Below, one piece after another: positions 52,160 to 63,455 of a DNA stretch of 64,000 nucleotides; the first letter of the stretch is position 1, and each line of letters opens with the position of its first letter. The stretch lies in the NCBI GenBank assembly GCA_965207225.1, contig CBDBLV010000005.1, positions 32,001 through 96,000 on the forward strand, written 5' to 3'. Origin of the DNA: Dehalococcoidia bacterium (GTDB taxonomy: Bacteria; Chloroflexota; Dehalococcoidia; Plut-88900). Both the position numbers and the translations under genes were made by a program. The notes beneath the pieces are model-generated. The model was not told the DNA's origin, ran no database searches, and worked only from the letters and a program-made list of their open reading frames with translations.

Positions 52160-53521
52160 ATGGCCACACCCCACTCCCTGCAATGGGAGATCGACCGGAT
52201 TCCCCGCAACCGTAAGATTACTCACGGGCCGGGGCTCAAACAGTATGCTGTCGACGGCATTGAGCCGGGGGCCGCAGTCTTTCCGAACACAATCGAGGAA
52301 GTCAGCCACTTGCTCTCGGCGGCCGACCGGGATGGCAAGGCGGTCGTGCCTTGGGGCGGGGGCACCGTCATGCCCCTGGGAAACCTGCCCCGAGCCTGCG
52401 ACCTGGTAATCGGCACCTCAAGGCTCAACCGGGTCCTCGAATACGAACCCTCGGACCTGACGGTGGTGGTGGAAGCGGGGATTACTCTCGGGGCGCTGCA
52501 GGAAGAGCTTGGCGAAAAGGGGCAGTTCCTGCCCCTGGACCCTCCCCTCCCCGAGAAGGCGACGATCGGGGGCATCCTCTCCGCCAACTCCAGCGGGCCT
52601 ATCCGGGCCCATTTCGGGGCGATCAGGGACAGGCTCATAGGCATAAAGGTCGTTAACGCCAATGGTGACGTGACCAAGGGCGGCGGCAAGGTGGTTAAAA
52701 ACGTCTCGGGCTACGACATGAATAAGGTCTATACCGGGGCCCTGGGCACGCTGGGGATAATCGTTGAAGCGGCCTTCAAGCTGGCCCCGCTTTTCAAAGA
52801 GACCCGAACATTCTTGATCGGAGCCAGGACAGCACCCGAGGTTGAGGCTCTGGCCAAGGGGCTGCGCGAGGCAGGGGTGACTCCCGTGGCTCTCCAGTTG
52901 ATCGGGGGCATGGGCTTCGGGGTCCTTAACGGATACTGCGTGGCATTGCAGATAGGGGGAGTCAGGGAGGCCGTGGAGCGTCAGGGCCGGATGGTGGTGA
53001 GTCTATGCGAGTCCCATGGATGGAAGGCTACCGACGACGGCGACAAGTTCGGGTACATCCTGCGGGATAGTGAGTCAGGGTATACGATCGATGGCGGAGA
53101 GAGAGGTGAACTGCTTTGGAGGATGTTGCGCGATGCAGGTCGGGGCCCAAACTCCCCCGCAACCATGATCATCAAGGCAACTTGCCTCCCCTCCGCCAGT
53201 GTAGGGTTGGTGGAGCGTATTCGCTGCATTGGCGGGGAAGATCTGAGGATTTCCTGTAACATGGTGAACGGCGTAGTCTACGGATACTGGCTGGACGAGG
53301 GCGCCTCCACCGATGAACTAGAGGCGCACGTTTCGCAGGTTAGGAAAGCGGCTGCAGAACTCAACGGGCATTGCGTGGTGGAGGTCTGCCCGCGAGAATT
53401 GAAGGAACGTATCGACGTGTGGGGGCTGGAAGGGCCCCAGGTTGACCTGATGAAACGAATCAAAGAGCAGTTCGACCCCAACGGCACGCTGAACCCCGGC
53501 CGGTTTGTGAAGGGGATATAG
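52160..53521 (+). CDS. glcE: Glycolate oxidase subunit E-like
   Basis: YEPSDLTV, GGKVVKNVSGYD, FDP..LNPGR. Confidence 0.88.
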   Translation: MATPHSLQWEIDRIPRNRKITHGPGLKQYAVDGIEPGAAVFPNTIEEVSHLLSAADRDGKAVVPWGGGTVMPLGNLPRACDLVIGTSRLNRVLEYEPSDLTVVVEAGITLGALQEELGEKGQFLPLDPPLPEKATIGGILSANSSGPIRAHFGAIRDRLIGIKVVNANGDVTKGGGKVVKNVSGYDMNKVYTGALGTLGIIVEAAFKLAPLFKETRTFLIGARTAPEVEALAKGLREAGVTPVALQLIGGMGFGVLNGYCVALQIGGVREAVERQGRMVVSLCESHGWKATDDGDKFGYILRDSESGYTIDGGERGELLWRMLRDAGRGPNSPATMIIKATCLPSASVGLVERIRCIGGEDLRISCNMVNGVVYGYWLDEGASTDELEAHVSQVRKAAAELNGHCVVEVCPRELKERIDVWGLEGPQVDLMKRIKEQFDPNGTLNPGRFVKGI

Positions 53522-53525
53522 GGCG

Positions 53526-54848
53526 TTGGTTAGAGCAGAAAAGTCGGCGATGGACCTGCTGGACCTTTCGGTTGGCGGCGTCACGGCGGAGGAACTCTAC
53601 CGCTGCGTCCACTGCGGCCTGTGCCTGAACCAGTGCCCGACCTATCTGGAGCTGGGCCTGGAGACCGAGTCCCCCCGGGGTCGGCTTGCCCTGATGAAGG
53701 CCGTAGCCGAGGGGCGGTTCGGGTACACGGACCGGCTGGTCGAGCACATGGAGCTTTGCCTGTTGTGTCGGGCGTGCGAGGCGGCTTGTCCCTCGGGGGT
53801 GCCGTTTGGGAGCCTGATGACCGAGACTCGGGCCAGAATCGAGGCGCAGACCTCCCGTCCCTTCATCGAAAGGACGGCCAGGAACATTGCCTTCAAGCAC
53901 CTGTTCCCTCACCAGGGCAGGTTAGGTCTGGCTTTCCGTATGCTTTCCCTTTACCAGGCATCAGGGCTGCAATGGCTTGTGAGGAATTCCCGGATGCTGA
54001 AGCTGCTGCCGACTCGCCTGGCCCACATGGAGTCGATGCTTCCCAAGCTGTCCTTCAGCCCCTACCCCCGGGGCAAGGCGAAGAGCGTACCGGCGAAGGG
54101 GGCTGAGAAGAAGACCGTGGCCCTTTTTTCCGGGTGCATCATGCCCCTGGTTTTTGGGCCCGTGAACCGGGCGACGGTGAACGTGCTGTCCAAGAACGGC
54201 TGCCGGGTGGACATCCCGGGCGGGCAGGGTTGCTGCGGGGCACTGAACGTACACAGCGGCGAGCGGGACTCAGCCCGCGAGATGGCCCGCAGGAATATAG
54301 AAGCTTTCGCGGATGCTGACACCGTTGTCGTAAACGCCGCAGGGTGCGGGGCCATGCTGAAGGAGTACGAAGAACTGCTCGCGGAGGACCCCGGCTACTC
54401 AGGCAAGGCAGAGACTTTCGTCGCCAAAGTCAAAGACGTTCACGAGTTTCTCGCCGACCTGCCCCTCACGCCGCCCAGGTCGGGGTTCAAGAAGCGGGTT
54501 ACCTACCAGGACTCATGTCACCTGATACACGCCCAGAGAATCAGGGAGGCGCCACGCAAGGTTCTGAACTCGATTCCCGGGGTGGAGCTCTGCGAAATGC
54601 CGAACTCGGACAAGTGCTGCGGGGCGGCGGGGGTCTACAACATCGTCAACCCGGAGCTTTCCTCCCAGCTGCTGGACAGCAAGATGAGGGACGTCAACTC
54701 AGCCGACGCCGATGTCGTGACCACGGCCAACCCGGGGTGCATGTTGCAACTTGATATGGGTCTGCGCAATCAAGGACAAACGACGCGCTCCTACCACGTA
54801 GTGGAGCTGCTGGACGAGGCTTACCGGCAGGAAGAAAAGTCGGGCTAG
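53526..54848 (+). CDS. glcF: Glycolate oxidase Fe-S subunit
   Basis: CVHCGLCLNQCP, CLLCRACEAACP, two CCG motifs. Confidence 0.9.
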   Translation: MVRAEKSAMDLLDLSVGGVTAEELYRCVHCGLCLNQCPTYLELGLETESPRGRLALMKAVAEGRFGYTDRLVEHMELCLLCRACEAACPSGVPFGSLMTETRARIEAQTSRPFIERTARNIAFKHLFPHQGRLGLAFRMLSLYQASGLQWLVRNSRMLKLLPTRLAHMESMLPKLSFSPYPRGKAKSVPAKGAEKKTVALFSGCIMPLVFGPVNRATVNVLSKNGCRVDIPGGQGCCGALNVHSGERDSAREMARRNIEAFADADTVVVNAAGCGAMLKEYEELLAEDPGYSGKAETFVAKVKDVHEFLADLPLTPPRSGFKKRVTYQDSCHLIHAQRIREAPRKVLNSIPGVELCEMPNSDKCCGAAGVYNIVNPELSSQLLDSKMRDVNSADADVVTTANPGCMLQLDMGLRNQGQTTRSYHVVELLDEAYRQEEKSG

Positions 54849-56014
54849 GAGGCTCTCGCGTACACCCGGCTCGCCGCGGCTACACCCGCTGAGACTGCAA
54901 CCTCGTAGTCCAGCCCATTCAAAACCCGGCCCAGCGCCGATAGTATGAGCAGTACGTTGGTCTCCTGCGACGAGTAGCCCATCAGCCCAACCCTTACCAC
55001 CTTACCCGCGAATGGGCCGAGCCCTCCGCCCGTTTCGATGTTGTAGTCGTTGAGCAAGGCCATGCGGACGGCGTTGGCGTCGACGCCTTCGGGCATGCGG
55101 ACTCCGTTCACGGTGTTGGACCGCACCTCTTTGTCGGCGACGATGGAGAGACCCATGGCATCAACACCCGCGCGGAGGGCGTCGGCGTTGAGCTGGTGCC
55201 GGGCGAAGCTGTTCTCCAGCCCCTCTTCCGTCAGGATCCGTAGCGACTCTCGCAGGGCGTAGATCATGGAAGCGGGGGCGGTGTGGTGGTACTTCCGGGC
55301 GCTGATCCAGTACTCGTCCAGCATGGACAAGTCCAGGTACCAGCTTCGGGATGGAGACTTCCGGGACTTCATGGCCTCCACAGCGCGGGGGTTCATGGTG
55401 ATGGGCGCGAGGCCCGGCGGGCAGCTCAGGCTCTTCTGGCTCCCGCTGTAGCAGATGTCGATGCCCAGATCGTCGACGGGCAGCCTCTGACCCCCGAGAG
55501 ATGCTACGCTGTCGACCAGGAACATGGCGCCGTGGGAACGCGCCAGTTGGCCGATTTCCTCCAGCGGCTGCAGGACGCCCGTGGAGGTCTCGCAGTGGAC
55601 GAGGGCCACGACTTTCGTGTTTGGGTTGGCGGCCAGGGCCTCTTCGACCGCGGCGGGGGTCACGGCCTTGCCCCATTCAGCTTCCACCTTGACGACGTTG
55701 GCATCGCAGCGGGCGGCTATTTCGGCGATGCGGGAGGCGAAGAATCCAGCGACACCCACGACGATAGTGTCGCCCGGTTCCAGGGAGTTGTAGAGGGCGG
55801 CTTCCATACCAGCTGACCCAGAACCCGAGATTGGAAGAGTGAGTCCGTTGCCGGTCTGGAAGACCTCTCGCAACAGTTCAACCGTTTCGTCCATGATGGC
55901 CCAGAAATCGGGGTCCATATGGGAGAGCACGGGCCCCGCCATGGAGGCGTAGACTCGGGGGTGAACGTTGCTCGGGCCTGGGCCTAGAAGGGTCTTGGGG
56001 GTGGGTTCGGTCAT
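54845..56014 (-). CDS. Alanine/serine-glyoxylate aminotransferase (class V PLP)
   Basis: LLGPGPS, HCETSTGV, DSVAS, SQK, YHHT. Confidence 0.92.
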   Translation of the reverse strand: MTEPTPKTLLGPGPSNVHPRVYASMAGPVLSHMDPDFWAIMDETVELLREVFQTGNGLTLPISGSGSAGMEAALYNSLEPGDTIVVGVAGFFASRIAEIAARCDANVVKVEAEWGKAVTPAAVEEALAANPNTKVVALVHCETSTGVLQPLEEIGQLARSHGAMFLVDSVASLGGQRLPVDDLGIDICYSGSQKSLSCPPGLAPITMNPRAVEAMKSRKSPSRSWYLDLSMLDEYWISARKYHHTAPASMIYALRESLRILTEEGLENSFARHQLNADALRAGVDAMGLSIVADKEVRSNTVNGVRMPEGVDANAVRMALLNDYNIETGGGLGPFAGKVVRVGLMGYSSQETNVLLILSALGRVLNGLDYEVAVSAGVAAASRVYARAS

Positions 56015-56091
56015 GGCTATGTCCTCGCAGGGAAAGTGGGCGTAGTGTAGCCGTCGGGGTTGGGGAGCGTCAATTTTGCCCGAGAGAGCGA

Positions 56092-56745
56092 CTAGCCCAG
56101 CATCGCCAGATCAAAGTCCGCCAGGGACTCGATGTGGTGGTCTGCATGAGACAGGTCTAGCCCCCGAGTCATCTCCGTCAGCACCGCCACCACGGTCATA
56201 CCCGCCGCCTTCCCCGCCTGGATCCCGTGGGGCGAGTCCTCGAACACGAGACATCGCGTCGGGTCGACGCCCAGTTTGTTGGCTGCCGTCAGGTAGATCT
56301 CCGGGTGCGGCTTGCCGTCAGTGACCATGTCCCCCGACATCACCACCTTGAACCGACCTTTCACCTTCAGAATCGTCAGGATGACGTCGACCCAGTTGCC
56401 CTGCGATGACGACGCCAGTCCGAAGGGCAGGCCCCGATCGTCAAGGGTGTCGAGCAGGGAGTAGAGGCCCGGCGAAGGCTCGATGTTCTCCCTGAGGTTC
56501 TTGAGCAACACCTCGTCGTAGATGCCGATCCAGTCTTGCAGGTCTCCGTCGAGCCGGAAACGGTCCTTGAGGGTCTGCCAGGTGAACTCGACGGTCGTGC
56601 CCAGGATGATGCGGTTGTCCTCGTCGGACAGGGAATGTCCGTGGGCTTGCAGCACCTGGTTCAGGGAGAGGTGGTAGAGGGGTTCGCTGTCTGCCAGTAC
56701 GCCGTCCATGTCGAAGATGACGGCCTCGATGGGTTGGATAGGCAT
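56092..56745 (-). CDS. HAD-superfamily phosphatase
   Basis: FDMDGVL, LASSS, KPHPEIY, FEDS..G. Confidence 0.9.
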   Translation of the reverse strand: MPIQPIEAVIFDMDGVLADSEPLYHLSLNQVLQAHGHSLSDEDNRIILGTTVEFTWQTLKDRFRLDGDLQDWIGIYDEVLLKNLRENIEPSPGLYSLLDTLDDRGLPFGLASSSQGNWVDVILTILKVKGRFKVVMSGDMVTDGKPHPEIYLTAANKLGVDPTRCLVFEDSPHGIQAGKAAGMTVVAVLTEMTRGLDLSHADHHIESLADFDLAMLG

Positions 56746-56852
56746 TGCGGCGGATATTTTAGCACCGGTCGGGGCCCGTGCGCCTCGATTGACAGCCCAA
56801 ACCCGACTCTCTAATGTTGTATGCAGCACTTCTTCTCGCACCTGCTTGACCC

Positions 56853-57689
56853 ATGTTTCCCATCTCCGACCCCGAACACCCCCGATACGGCATACCTTAC
56901 GTCAACGTGGGCATCATGGCCCTGTGCATCCTGGTCTTCCTCTACCAGGTGCTTCTGCTGGACGACTACCAGCTGTCTCGCTTCTACAACAACTACGGAG
57001 TACTCCCCTACGAGTTGACGGGGCAAGGGGACCTGGGAGAGCAGGTGAATGCGCTTCTGGAGGAGGGCGACAGGTCGGTGCTGGAGGTGGAGGGGGTGTC
57101 GAGCACTCTTGCGCGTCATGCTCTACAGGCCCAACCGGACGGCACCGTGCGCTTCGCCGACGTTCGCAACGTCTACGAAGGCGGCCCGGGCCCCTGGGTG
57201 ACGCTCTTCACCTCCATGTTCATGCACGGAGGTTGGATGCACCTGATAGGGAACATGCTGTTCCTGTGGGTGTTCGGGGACAACCTGGAGGCGCGGATGG
57301 GTCGGGTGAAGTACCTGGTGTTTTACCTGGTGTCGGGGCTGTTCGCGTCGGCGGCGCAGGTGGGCATCGACATGGACTCCGCAATCCCGACCATCGGGGC
57401 CAGCGGCGCAATAGCCGGTGTCCTGGGCGGCTACCTTGTCCTCTTCCCCCACGCCCGGATACAGACCTTGATATTCATGATTCTCATCACGGTCATAGCC
57501 GTGCCGGCATGGCTGCTGATCGGGATATGGGTAATGCTCCAGTTCTTCAACGGGTTCATCTCGCTGGGGGGCGAGTTCGCCCAGGGTGTGGCGTACTGGG
57601 CGCACATCGGGGGGTTCGTGGCAGGGTTCCTGATGCTCGGGGCGATGGCGGGGTTCTCACGGACTCGGGGGTTGCTGGGTGGGGGGTGA
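56853..57689 (+). CDS. Rhomboid intramembrane serine protease
   Basis: SMFMHGGWMHLIGNM, GASG, AHIGG. Confidence 0.93.
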   Translation: MFPISDPEHPRYGIPYVNVGIMALCILVFLYQVLLLDDYQLSRFYNNYGVLPYELTGQGDLGEQVNALLEEGDRSVLEVEGVSSTLARHALQAQPDGTVRFADVRNVYEGGPGPWVTLFTSMFMHGGWMHLIGNMLFLWVFGDNLEARMGRVKYLVFYLVSGLFASAAQVGIDMDSAIPTIGASGAIAGVLGGYLVLFPHARIQTLIFMILITVIAVPAWLLIGIWVMLQFFNGFISLGGEFAQGVAYWAHIGGFVAGFLMLGAMAGFSRTRGLLGGG

Positions 57690-57701
57690 GGGGACTGCCG
57701 T

Positions 57702-60242
57702 ATGAGACGACATATCCTGATGTTGACCCTATTGGCGGCCATTCTGGTTGCCGCCTGCCGGCCTCCGACTCCCACCCCCCTTCCTACTCCTACGTCTACG
57801 CCCCAGGCGACGATCGAGGCTTCTCCCACCGCCACCCCCAGCCCGACCTCTGTCCCTGAACCCACGGCTACTCCGACACCTCTTCCCGAGCCGACCCCCA
57901 CCCCATCCCCCACTCCGGCGCCCCTCTACCTGGAAGGGTGGCGATCCGTGCCGGGTTCCGGGGCCCTGGAGCGGGGCAAGCCGGAGTTGGCTGACAAGAT
58001 AATAGCGCTGCCCTGGGTGTTGGATGGGATTGCCGGTACCGAGCGGGAGGTCGTGCGGCAGTTTGTCAGCGCCGCCATGCTGGATGAGCAGGTCTTTCTT
58101 GCGGTGGTGGACAGGCCGTGGGTTTTGGACGGCCTCAACAGGACGGAGCGAAACATCCTTCAGGCATTGACTCGATTCAGGAACCAGTCAGTGGCCGCAC
58201 TCATTCCTGGTATGCCCTTCCTGGAAACCGTGGAGTCGGCGGACAGGGCCACCGTGGACATGCTTGCGGACCTAGATAACAGCGCGCCGGGACTACTCCA
58301 AGCGATGCTTGGCAAGTCATGGATTGCTGACGGCCTTGATAGCTCCGAGCGTGAGGTTGTTGACTTGCTCTGGGGCGTTGCCCATGTAGACGAATCCCTC
58401 GCCTCATACATGCTTGGTTTATCCTTCCTCGAGACCGTTCACCCTACTGATATCGCCATAGTGCAGGCCCTCGGCAGGTTGGTGCCATTTGGAGAGGAAC
58501 TGTTGTCCGTAGTGGCGGAGAGACCCTGGGTAATGGACGGCCTCGACGAAGCCGAGGCAGCTGTCCTTGAGGGCTTCGAAGAGATTGCGAGTGAACATGA
58601 AGACATTGCGCTGCATATCCTCGGCATGTCTTTCTTGGATACCGTAGAAGTGACAGACGTCCCAACGATTGAAGTCCTGCAGGAGTTCGCGCCTTATGGG
58701 ACAACCCTCCTAACCGGCCTGGCCCACACACCTTGGGTAACGGATGGGCTAGACGAGACCGAACAAGAAATGGTCAACCGCCTTAGTCGCATAGTTGGAT
58801 CGGAGGATGAATTCGGCTTGCGCCTAGCCTCGCAGGTAGTCAATTCCGGATGGTTTACCGACGGTATAAATTGGGACGAAGCTTGGACGATGCATGTATT
58901 AGTCACCGTGGTCAACGAATACCGACAAGTGCTCCCAGCGATACTCGAATTCCACTGGGCCTTCGACGAGGACTTAACCATCTCTGAAAAGAACACGGTT
59001 ACCCGTGTGAGAGACTTAGAGCTTTTCAATCCCGGTTCTGGGGTGCTGCTTGTCGAATTACCGTGGCTTTATGACGACATCAACAACATCGAGGACGATG
59101 CGCTCGGCTATATAAGGCATCTGGCGGAATTTAATACCGGGGTGGATGCGCAGCTCATCGGACTTCCCTGGATTTCTGAAGAAATCGGATATGCCGAGCT
59201 CAATGAGCTTCGCGGTTTGGGCAACGTGCTTAGCGTGGCGCGTACCCTCGACCGCGACGGTTCCGATCTTCTCCATCTTCTTGTAGAAGATGCCGAGTAC
59301 CCATATCGCCCGATTGATAGCATGTTAATGCGCAGCCTGGGACGGGGCCCCATGGATCAGGAAACCAAGCGCAAGCTTCTTGAAGACTTGATGGTTGCAG
59401 ACTGGTTTGCAGACGGACTTACGGATCTGGAGCGGATACATATCATCGGATTCAGCAGCGAGTATAGCCACTATCGAGACCTGCCAAATCTGGGAATGTC
59501 AGTGATACAGTCCAGGACGATTGAGACACCGCTGGCAGGCGAAGTCAACCTTTGGATGGTGGGACGCGGTGAATTGCCCTGGGAAGGGGCGCTGGATTGG
59601 CTCGAAGAGTCTGTTCTAGGAGCGGAGTGGCTGATAGGGGAGCCGTTCCCGGTTGGAGACCTAGTAGTCGCGGTGGTGGCTGCTGCTGGCTATGATGATA
59701 GGTCTCCTCCCTGGGCCGGTAGGTCCTTCGACGGGAACCAACGTATAGAGATAGTTGACATTGTGTCCGACGAAGGCATGCGGGATACACTGCACCACGA
59801 GGTAGCCCATACGTACTTTAATCACAGGTTGAGCGCCAGATGGTTCAGTGAGGCCGGGGCCGAGTACGTCCGGGAGTACATACGTGAATGGAAAGGCTAT
59901 TCTCTTCAAGACAAACACTCTCGCGTGGAGAAGCTGGTACGAGATGATTGCACGACTGCAGGAGTCTTGCAGATAGTGGAAGCCTTGGTTGATGAGCCGG
60001 AAGTACCAACCTTCTGCAGATATCATATTGGTCTGCACCTGCTGCTCAACCTGGAGAACATAGTTGGCATTGAAGCCATGATGGCGTCTCTGGGAGAACT
60101 TCATCAGAGACGTATTACCCATGAAGTCCCCAACAACGACCAGGATATATATGAGGCTTTTCTGAGACACGCGCCGCAGGGAACGGAGCATGAGGTAGAG
60201 GAGCTATGGGGCAGGATATATGGCTCGTTCGCCGAGCGGTAG
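57702..60242 (+). CDS. Lipoprotein with Pro/Thr linker, WxxDG repeats and HExxH metallopeptidase domain
   Basis: VAAC lipobox-like, about 8 WxxDG(L/I)xxxE repeats, HHEVAHTYF...WFSEAG. Confidence 0.78.
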   Translation: MRRHILMLTLLAAILVAACRPPTPTPLPTPTSTPQATIEASPTATPSPTSVPEPTATPTPLPEPTPTPSPTPAPLYLEGWRSVPGSGALERGKPELADKIIALPWVLDGIAGTEREVVRQFVSAAMLDEQVFLAVVDRPWVLDGLNRTERNILQALTRFRNQSVAALIPGMPFLETVESADRATVDMLADLDNSAPGLLQAMLGKSWIADGLDSSEREVVDLLWGVAHVDESLASYMLGLSFLETVHPTDIAIVQALGRLVPFGEELLSVVAERPWVMDGLDEAEAAVLEGFEEIASEHEDIALHILGMSFLDTVEVTDVPTIEVLQEFAPYGTTLLTGLAHTPWVTDGLDETEQEMVNRLSRIVGSEDEFGLRLASQVVNSGWFTDGINWDEAWTMHVLVTVVNEYRQVLPAILEFHWAFDEDLTISEKNTVTRVRDLELFNPGSGVLLVELPWLYDDINNIEDDALGYIRHLAEFNTGVDAQLIGLPWISEEIGYAELNELRGLGNVLSVARTLDRDGSDLLHLLVEDAEYPYRPIDSMLMRSLGRGPMDQETKRKLLEDLMVADWFADGLTDLERIHIIGFSSEYSHYRDLPNLGMSVIQSRTIETPLAGEVNLWMVGRGELPWEGALDWLEESVLGAEWLIGEPFPVGDLVVAVVAAAGYDDRSPPWAGRSFDGNQRIEIVDIVSDEGMRDTLHHEVAHTYFNHRLSARWFSEAGAEYVREYIREWKGYSLQDKHSRVEKLVRDDCTTAGVLQIVEALVDEPEVPTFCRYHIGLHLLLNLENIVGIEAMMASLGELHQRRITHEVPNNDQDIYEAFLRHAPQGTEHEVEELWGRIYGSFAER

Positions 60243-60287
60243 GGAGCCGAGGGAGAGTATTCTTGTGAACGACGCGCTAAGGAGGCT

Positions 60288-62243
60288 CTAAGCCCGACCC
60301 GCCTCCGGTTCAGGGGGTGGGGGGGTGTCCGGGGTGGGGGCGCGGTGTTCGGGGGTGGGGGTTTCCTGCTCCGGCTCTGGAGCGGGGGGCGGGGGCCTGT
60401 TCGCCGCTACCACGGCGGGCACAACCTCAGTTAGGTCGGAGGTTGGGTCTGCGTCGAAGGCTGCGTCCAGCTCGTCGCCGTCCAGGGTTTCGACCTGCAT
60501 GACGTACTCGGCAAGCTGCACCAGCTTGGACTTGTTGGCGATGAGGATGTCCCGGGCGGTGTTTTCGGCGGTGCGGATCAGCTCCCGGATCTCCGAGTCT
60601 ATGCTCACGGCGATCTCTTCGCTGTAATTCCGCTGCTCGGAGAGCTCCTTGCCGAGGAAGACCAGCTCCTCCTTGTTCCCGAAGGTCCGGGGCCCGAGGG
60701 CATCGCTCATGCCGTACTGGGTAACCATGCTGCGGGCCAGCTTGGTGGCGTGCTCCAGGTCGTTGGAGGCGCCGGTGGTTATCTCGTCGAAGGTGAGAGC
60801 CTCGGCGACGCGGCCTCCGAGGGCGGTGGCGAGCATAGCCTTGAACTGGGAGCGGGAGTAGAGGTATCGGTCCTCGGCGGGGAGGAGGCGGGTGTAGCCG
60901 CCCATGCCTCCGCGGGCCACGATGGAAACCTTGTGGACCGAGTCGGAGTGCTCCATCATCCGGGCTACCAGGGCGTGCCCGACCTCGTGGTAGGCGGTGA
61001 TCGCCTTCTCTTTTGCACTGATCAGGCGACTCTTTCGGGCTGGGCCGGCTATGACACGGTCGATGGCCTCTTCCACCTGGCGGGTTGTGATTGTCTTCTG
61101 GCTGTGCCGGGCAGCGAGGATCGCGGCTTCGTTGACGAGGTTGGCGAGGTCTGCACCGCTGAATCCAGGAGTTTGCTTGGCCAGGACTTCCATGTCCACA
61201 TCCTCGGCCATAGGCTTGCCCTTGGAGTGAACGGCGAGGATTTCGCGTCTGCCATTGATGTCAGGCAGGTCCAGGACTACGCGCCGGTCAAAGCGGCCGG
61301 GGCGGAGGAGGGCGGGGTCCAGGATGTCAGGGCGGTTGGTGGCGGCGAGGACGATGACGTTGGTCGAGGAGTCGAAGCCGTCCATTTCGACGAGGATCTG
61401 GTTCAGGGTCTGCTCCCGCTCGTCGTGCCCGCCCCCGAGACCCGCGCCGCGGTGACGGCCAACGGCGTCGATCTCATCGACGAAGACTATGCAGGGGGAG
61501 TTGCGCTTGGCCTGGTCGAACAGGTCTCGGACGCGGGAGGCGCCGACGCCGACGAACATTTCGACGAACTCGCTGCCGCTTATGGAGAAGAAGGGAACAC
61601 CGGCCTCTCCGGCGACGGCCCGGCTGAGCAGGGTCTTGCCCGTCCCCGGGGACCCGACGAGGAGCACGCCCCTCGGCACCCGGGCCCCGAGGGCGGAGAA
61701 CTTCTCCGGGAAGCGGAGGAACTCCACCACTTCCTGCAGGTCCTGCTTGGCCTCTTCAACCCCGGCCACATCCAGGAAAGTCACGGTGGACTTGTTGCCC
61801 ACGAACATCCGGGCCCGGCTCCTGCCGAAGCCCAGGGCCTGGTTGCTGCTTCCCTGGGCCTGCCGCAGCAGGAACAGGAGGACCGCGCCGAAGAAGATCA
61901 GGGGCAGGAAGTTCAGGAAAAGCCCGAAGAGGCTGCTGAGCTGGCTGCGCTCCTTGATCCGGATGCTGAGGGCCGGTGTGATCTCGACTCCGTTCTCGGC
62001 CAGGATCTCGATGATGCTGGAGCCGGGCTCTTTCCGGGACTCGTAGCGCGTGCCGTCGGTGCCCGTGATGGTCAGCTTGTCCCCGTCAACCTCGATCTCC
62101 TGGATCTGGATGGGGGTGGCCTTCGCCATCGTAATGACCTCGGAGAGGTCGATGTCTTCGGTGCCGTAGGAGGGCTGGAACAGGGTGAAGACAATCGCCA
62201 CAATGGCGACGATGATTATTAGGTAGATAAAACTGCTTCTCAT
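60288..62243 (-). CDS. ftsH: ATP-dependent zinc metalloprotease FtsH
   Basis: [32 protein letters not shown]. Confidence 0.97.
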   Translation of the reverse strand: MRSSFIYLIIIVAIVAIVFTLFQPSYGTEDIDLSEVITMAKATPIQIQEIEVDGDKLTITGTDGTRYESRKEPGSSIIEILAENGVEITPALSIRIKERSQLSSLFGLFLNFLPLIFFGAVLLFLLRQAQGSSNQALGFGRSRARMFVGNKSTVTFLDVAGVEEAKQDLQEVVEFLRFPEKFSALGARVPRGVLLVGSPGTGKTLLSRAVAGEAGVPFFSISGSEFVEMFVGVGASRVRDLFDQAKRNSPCIVFVDEIDAVGRHRGAGLGGGHDEREQTLNQILVEMDGFDSSTNVIVLAATNRPDILDPALLRPGRFDRRVVLDLPDINGRREILAVHSKGKPMAEDVDMEVLAKQTPGFSGADLANLVNEAAILAARHSQKTITTRQVEEAIDRVIAGPARKSRLISAKEKAITAYHEVGHALVARMMEHSDSVHKVSIVARGGMGGYTRLLPAEDRYLYSRSQFKAMLATALGGRVAEALTFDEITTGASNDLEHATKLARSMVTQYGMSDALGPRTFGNKEELVFLGKELSEQRNYSEEIAVSIDSEIRELIRTAENTARDILIANKSKLVQLAEYVMQVETLDGDELDAAFDADPTSDLTEVVPAVVAANRPPPPAPEPEQETPTPEHRAPTPDTPPPPEPEAGRA

Positions 62244-62477
62244 GTTGCGGATTTCCTGATGTCCCCGAATGCCTCCAGTCAAATTATATTACGGAAGGTG
62301 GGCAGTGTCGAAACGGACGTGGTTTGTGCGTGATGATGGGCTGTACTATACTTGATTCTTCAGAGACGGCTGACGGCTGGCCAAGCCATAGCGGCGAAGC
62401 CGAGGCCAGAATTCTAAGAATTAGTGGAGGAGCCCCTTGGCCCGGGCCGTCTGCATCAATATGAGCAGGAACTGAGC

Positions 62478-63275
62478 ATGGATAGCGATTTCGACTTGAC
62501 GCTGAACGCCCTGGCGAATGAATTCCTGGAGACCCTGACAAATAGGAAACGCCAAAAAGTTGAGCCTGCAGTTACGAAGTTTGTGAGGTGGTTCGGCAGG
62601 GACTGGCCGGCAAGGAAAATCACAGGCCAACAGGTCGAACAGTATGCGCAGGAACTCAGCATAACCGCCGCCACAGAAAGCTCGCCGCACGTGCGAGCTT
62701 TCTTGAATTTTGCCCACAAACAGGGGACTTTCCAGCTAAGCCTGGCCCCGAGCTTCCGGGTCCGCAAGTCCACCATCACGGCCAAGGAGGGCCCAAAGCG
62801 GGCCCGCGTGGTGTCCCACCTTACCAAGGAGGGCATCGATAACATAAATGCCGAGGTAAAGGAGCTCAAAGCTCAGCGTCCCGCCTTGGCCGAAGCGATA
62901 AACAAGGCCGCCGCCGACAAGGACTTCCGGGAGAATGCCCCGCTGGAGGCGGCAAGGGAAGCCCAGGGCCGCGTCGAGTCCCGCATCATGGAGTTGGAAC
63001 AGCTCCTGCGCACGGCGGAAGTCCTGAAGGAAGACCAGGCCCGCGCCGGCTCAAGGGTGGCCATAGGCCGCACCATAGCGCTGGAGAACCTGTCCAACGG
63101 CAACAAGGTGCAGTACAAGCTGGTCTCGCCCAGCGAGGCAAAGATCTCCGAGGGGAAGATATCCATAGCGTCGCCGGTTGGGAAGGCGGTGCTGGGGAAG
63201 TCGGGAGGGGATGAGGTGGTCGTGGCTGCGCCTGCGGGGGCAATGCGGTTCAGGATAGTGCAGATCGTGTCCTAA
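62478..63275 (+). CDS. greA: Transcription elongation factor GreA with N-terminal extra domain
   Basis: LTKEG...DFRENA...ISIASPVGKAVLG, preceded by about 110 extra residues. Confidence 0.85.
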   Translation: MDSDFDLTLNALANEFLETLTNRKRQKVEPAVTKFVRWFGRDWPARKITGQQVEQYAQELSITAATESSPHVRAFLNFAHKQGTFQLSLAPSFRVRKSTITAKEGPKRARVVSHLTKEGIDNINAEVKELKAQRPALAEAINKAAADKDFRENAPLEAAREAQGRVESRIMELEQLLRTAEVLKEDQARAGSRVAIGRTIALENLSNGNKVQYKLVSPSEAKISEGKISIASPVGKAVLGKSGGDEVVVAAPAGAMRFRIVQIVS

Positions 63276-63293
63276 CAGACTCCGGGAGTAGGT

Positions 63294-63419
63294 ATGCAGC
63301 ACCTGCTAACCGGGCTAGAAGAAATCAACAGCCGCCTAGACCGGCTGTTTCTTTTAATGGTGGCGCTGGGAGTAGTGCAAATTTCCCTGCTAATATTCTT
63401 GCTAGTTCGGAGCAGTTAG
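63294..63419 (+). CDS. Small membrane protein (41 aa)
   Basis: Manual translation MQHLLTGLEEINSRLDRLFLLMVALGVVQISLLIFLLVRSS; GGAG upstream. Confidence 0.45.
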   Translation: MQHLLTGLEEINSRLDRLFLLMVALGVVQISLLIFLLVRSS

Positions 63420-63455
63420 AGCGGGCATGAACACTATGGTAGAGGGCGCATTTAG

